Positions 61,001 to 64,000 of a DNA stretch of 64,000 bases are shown in pieces. The stretch is from Antedon mediterranea (taxonomy: Eukaryota > Animalia > Echinodermata), in NCBI RefSeq assembly GCF_964355755.1, contig NC_092678.1, positions 6,526,422 through 6,590,421 of the forward strand, in the 5' to 3' direction. The notes under the pieces are model-generated. The model did not search any database and was not told the origin of the DNA. It saw nothing but the letters and a program-made list of their open reading frames with translations. The translations under genes were made by a program, and so were the position numbers. Position 1 is the stretch's first letter. Each line of letters opens with the position of its first letter.

Positions 61001-64000
61001 TGCTTCTACTTTGATCAGATTTAGCAGAACTACAGTACACAATCTCAGCAAACAAACCAACCAGCTTCAAGAGTATTGCCTTACAGATTGTGATAAACAG
61101 ATGGGCTTCTGGAAATTAAATGGCAAATTCATTTGGATGCTGCCACTAATCCAAGGCTGTACTTTACGTAAACCCCTTGTTTTCACAGTCTACCTTATCA
61201 GCTCTGTTGACCCAAACACACCAAGAGATTAATTGACACCCATCTATTTAACTATGTACAAAAATGTGCGTTTGGTTCCCAACAAAATATGATACTTCCT
61301 ACTAAATCTAAAATTGAGATAAAAATTAGTTTTTGTAAGATTTGGTCTTGGAGGTTGTTTGAGTGCTTAATGTGCCAAACTTCCTTTCCAAGAAGTGGTT
61401 CAATTTATACCAACTGTTCTATTTGTGAAAAAAGATAATGTAAAAGAAATATCTAATATTTAAAGAAGGTTAAGGATGCTTATGATATCAATATAATAAA
61501 TGTAAAACATTAATTTTTGTATTTAAATTTCAAATTTTACTAAGAACATACAAAATTTAACCTTAAGATGATACAGTATATGATATACTGTAAGATCATT
61601 TAATTTATTCGTCTGAGGCTCAGGAGACTTTGCCATTTAGAATTTTAATAACTAGGTAAATTAACCTATTTCATATTTGATCTCCAATTTTTTTTAATTT
61701 AAATGAAATTTAACTAATGTTATTAACATCATGGTTCAAAAACCTTAGCTCAAAGTTAACTAATTAATTTGCAGAAAGGGTTATAGAGTGCAAAATCCTA
61801 TGACTGCTTGCTGAGAAATACATAGTACCGCTCTCAGTGGAATTGCCCATGTCACCTGTTCAAGACATAGTTGAGTTCATCTGTTTATTTCTAAGTTGAG
61901 TACTCTTGCATATCGACGAACCCACTTTGACACTTTGTACGCACCTGGGAGAGAACCATGTGCTCGTTTAAAGCGAATGACGTGAGCGGGTAAACAGGAT
62001 ACGACTGTTGGTAATTTGTAAATGTTACTACGATTAATAACAATATCAGTTAATGGATGCAGGAATTTGGAAATTGAATAGTATGTTTGTCATCAGTAAG
62101 TCGCCAATTACGCCAATAAGCCTTCAATTCCAATTCATTGGTGTGCGATATTTATACAATCCACTGACTATATCACCTGGAAAAGTGACATCGTTCGTTT
62201 GTTAAGCTCATCTTACTATCTCTAGTTTGGTAGATAATTGAAGAAAAATGCATTTACACTTCTTTCTTTTTGTGCTTCCATTTACTTATTAACTAAAATC
62301 AGTTATTTTCTCATATACAGTAAGTGTAGTAAAAACCTTGTTTATATACAACTTATTATTTTAATCAAAATGATATTAACATTATTCAGAATGCAAATTA
62401 CTGGAAAATGACTATGGTTGGATCTCAATTGAAACATGAAATTCAAAGGCTAAGAAAGCTAAATCAAAACAATAAAGTAAAACAGTCAAAAAGCTCTATT
62501 CTTTTGTCGTATTATTTTTAATTTATAAATTACATTTAAATGAACAATATAAATATATATAAATTCCATATTGTATACAATACTGTTGACATTTTAAATG
62601 CATCTATAAAATGTCTGTTGGTACAGTCTTACCTATATTTAGTGAGTAGGTTTTTTATATAGAAATCTGAAATCCGATATCCAAAGATCACAATCTCATT
62701 AACTGATTGCATTTAGGCAATCATTGGTAATCTTAACGACTTAAACTAGTGTCCATAGTGACCACACACATTGATCAACAGTTTTTAAGAAATTGTTTTC
62801 TTCATATATTTATATACACTATATAATTTATATATAACTTACTGTTTTATTGACTAAAAATAATATTTTATTCAATATTAATTTCAACAATAACAATAGG
62901 TTTAACCTAATATTATTTTTTTTCGATGTCACCGCTGCATAAAAATATATTAAATACAAAAAGGGAGGCGAAAAGGAAGGGAGGAATAGGTTACCTATAC
63001 ATGTACCTCTAATTACTATATCTATTATATTTTAATATAATAATTTAAGAACATAGTTGTCAAAATCATATTTAAAGAATTAATTAATCTATTTCATTTT
63101 TTGTAACCTGTAAGATTTTAATAATAAGATGAAGAAAGAAAATATTGAATTGCAAAATTAGAAAGCAATTTGAAAGGATTATAAGTTCAGAAGATAATTC
63201 TTTACATTTGAAATATTAGACAAGAAGGACTGATAATTTACAATTATTCACTGGAAAGCAACCATGATAAATCGTTAACACTAAAGCTATATTGTATCCG
63301 ATACTCCATAAATTATAAGACACAAAATACATCATTACCAAAGGCCACATTTAAGGGTTTCCATAAAAAAGGTGATGAAAATTGCTTGATTAGAACCATT
63401 TTTGTATCAGACGAGTTTATTGGAACCTTGGCGAAGATAAATTTATTATTGCCTCATACCTGTTTCACTTGGTTGCCGATATTTAACCTGATGAAGTAAT
63501 ATTCATCCAGGTGATTCATGGTGTAATTTTGCTCACATCTTCTCAATCAAAGATGTTACCTACAAATTGATTTTCGGGCTGGGGAATTAAGCGGAGGAAA
63601 TAGAATTCTAATATCTAGCTATTTGGAAATTAAAACTGTCTGCTGACGTAATTAAACAAGATCAAAATAATGTATAATAAAATTTTACACAATTATTAAT
63701 ATAAATAATAGATTTTTGTTTCATTTTATGAATAATTTGGTATATTAAATTGATACATATTTTTAGAAAAATCAATCAAATTTTCATTACTTTGAGTTAG
63801 GAAAACACATTTTATTTCATTAACTGTTCGGTTTTTCTCAATTTAATTTCTGAGTCTCGTATGATTGTTGACTAGGTTTTAGAACTCATTACACGAGTAC
63901 AATCTTGACGTTTGTTCAGAGCAGGATGACAAGAATGCCAATAACGCGTGCTATAGCATTCTACCGTCTTCATTATAGAATGTCAGTGTTTATAAACATC

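Overview
AT-rich eukaryotic non-coding DNA, either a large intron or an intergenic stretch. It probably comes from an invertebrate deuterostome: Deu/Nin-domain SINEs and abundant TAGGCCTA words suggest an echinoderm, but this is inference. I can support no intact protein-coding gene, tRNA, rRNA or CRISPR array, and the longest ORFs in the track are open frames through tandem repeats. The window is dominated by non-autonomous DNA transposons whose TIRs and TSDs can be read directly: Tc1/mariner-pogo (TA), PIF/Harbinger-type (3-bp TSD), piggyBac (TTAA) and a hAT-like element with a 6-bp TSD. It also holds tRNA-derived SINEs, an L2/CR1-type LINE 3' end, a short Helentron/DINE-1-like element, several mini/satellites and many two-copy local duplications. 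The most interesting observations are: an 85-bp satellite that grew inside a MITE; a Harbinger deletion derivative that keeps stubs of both convergent genes; two MITEs that each carry a terminus resembling the other's family; two damaged hammerhead-ribozyme-like motifs; fold-back hairpins present in only one copy of a repeat; and two-copy duplications with periods clustered at about 180-225 bp. I did not find convincing evidence of a wholly new multi-gene system.
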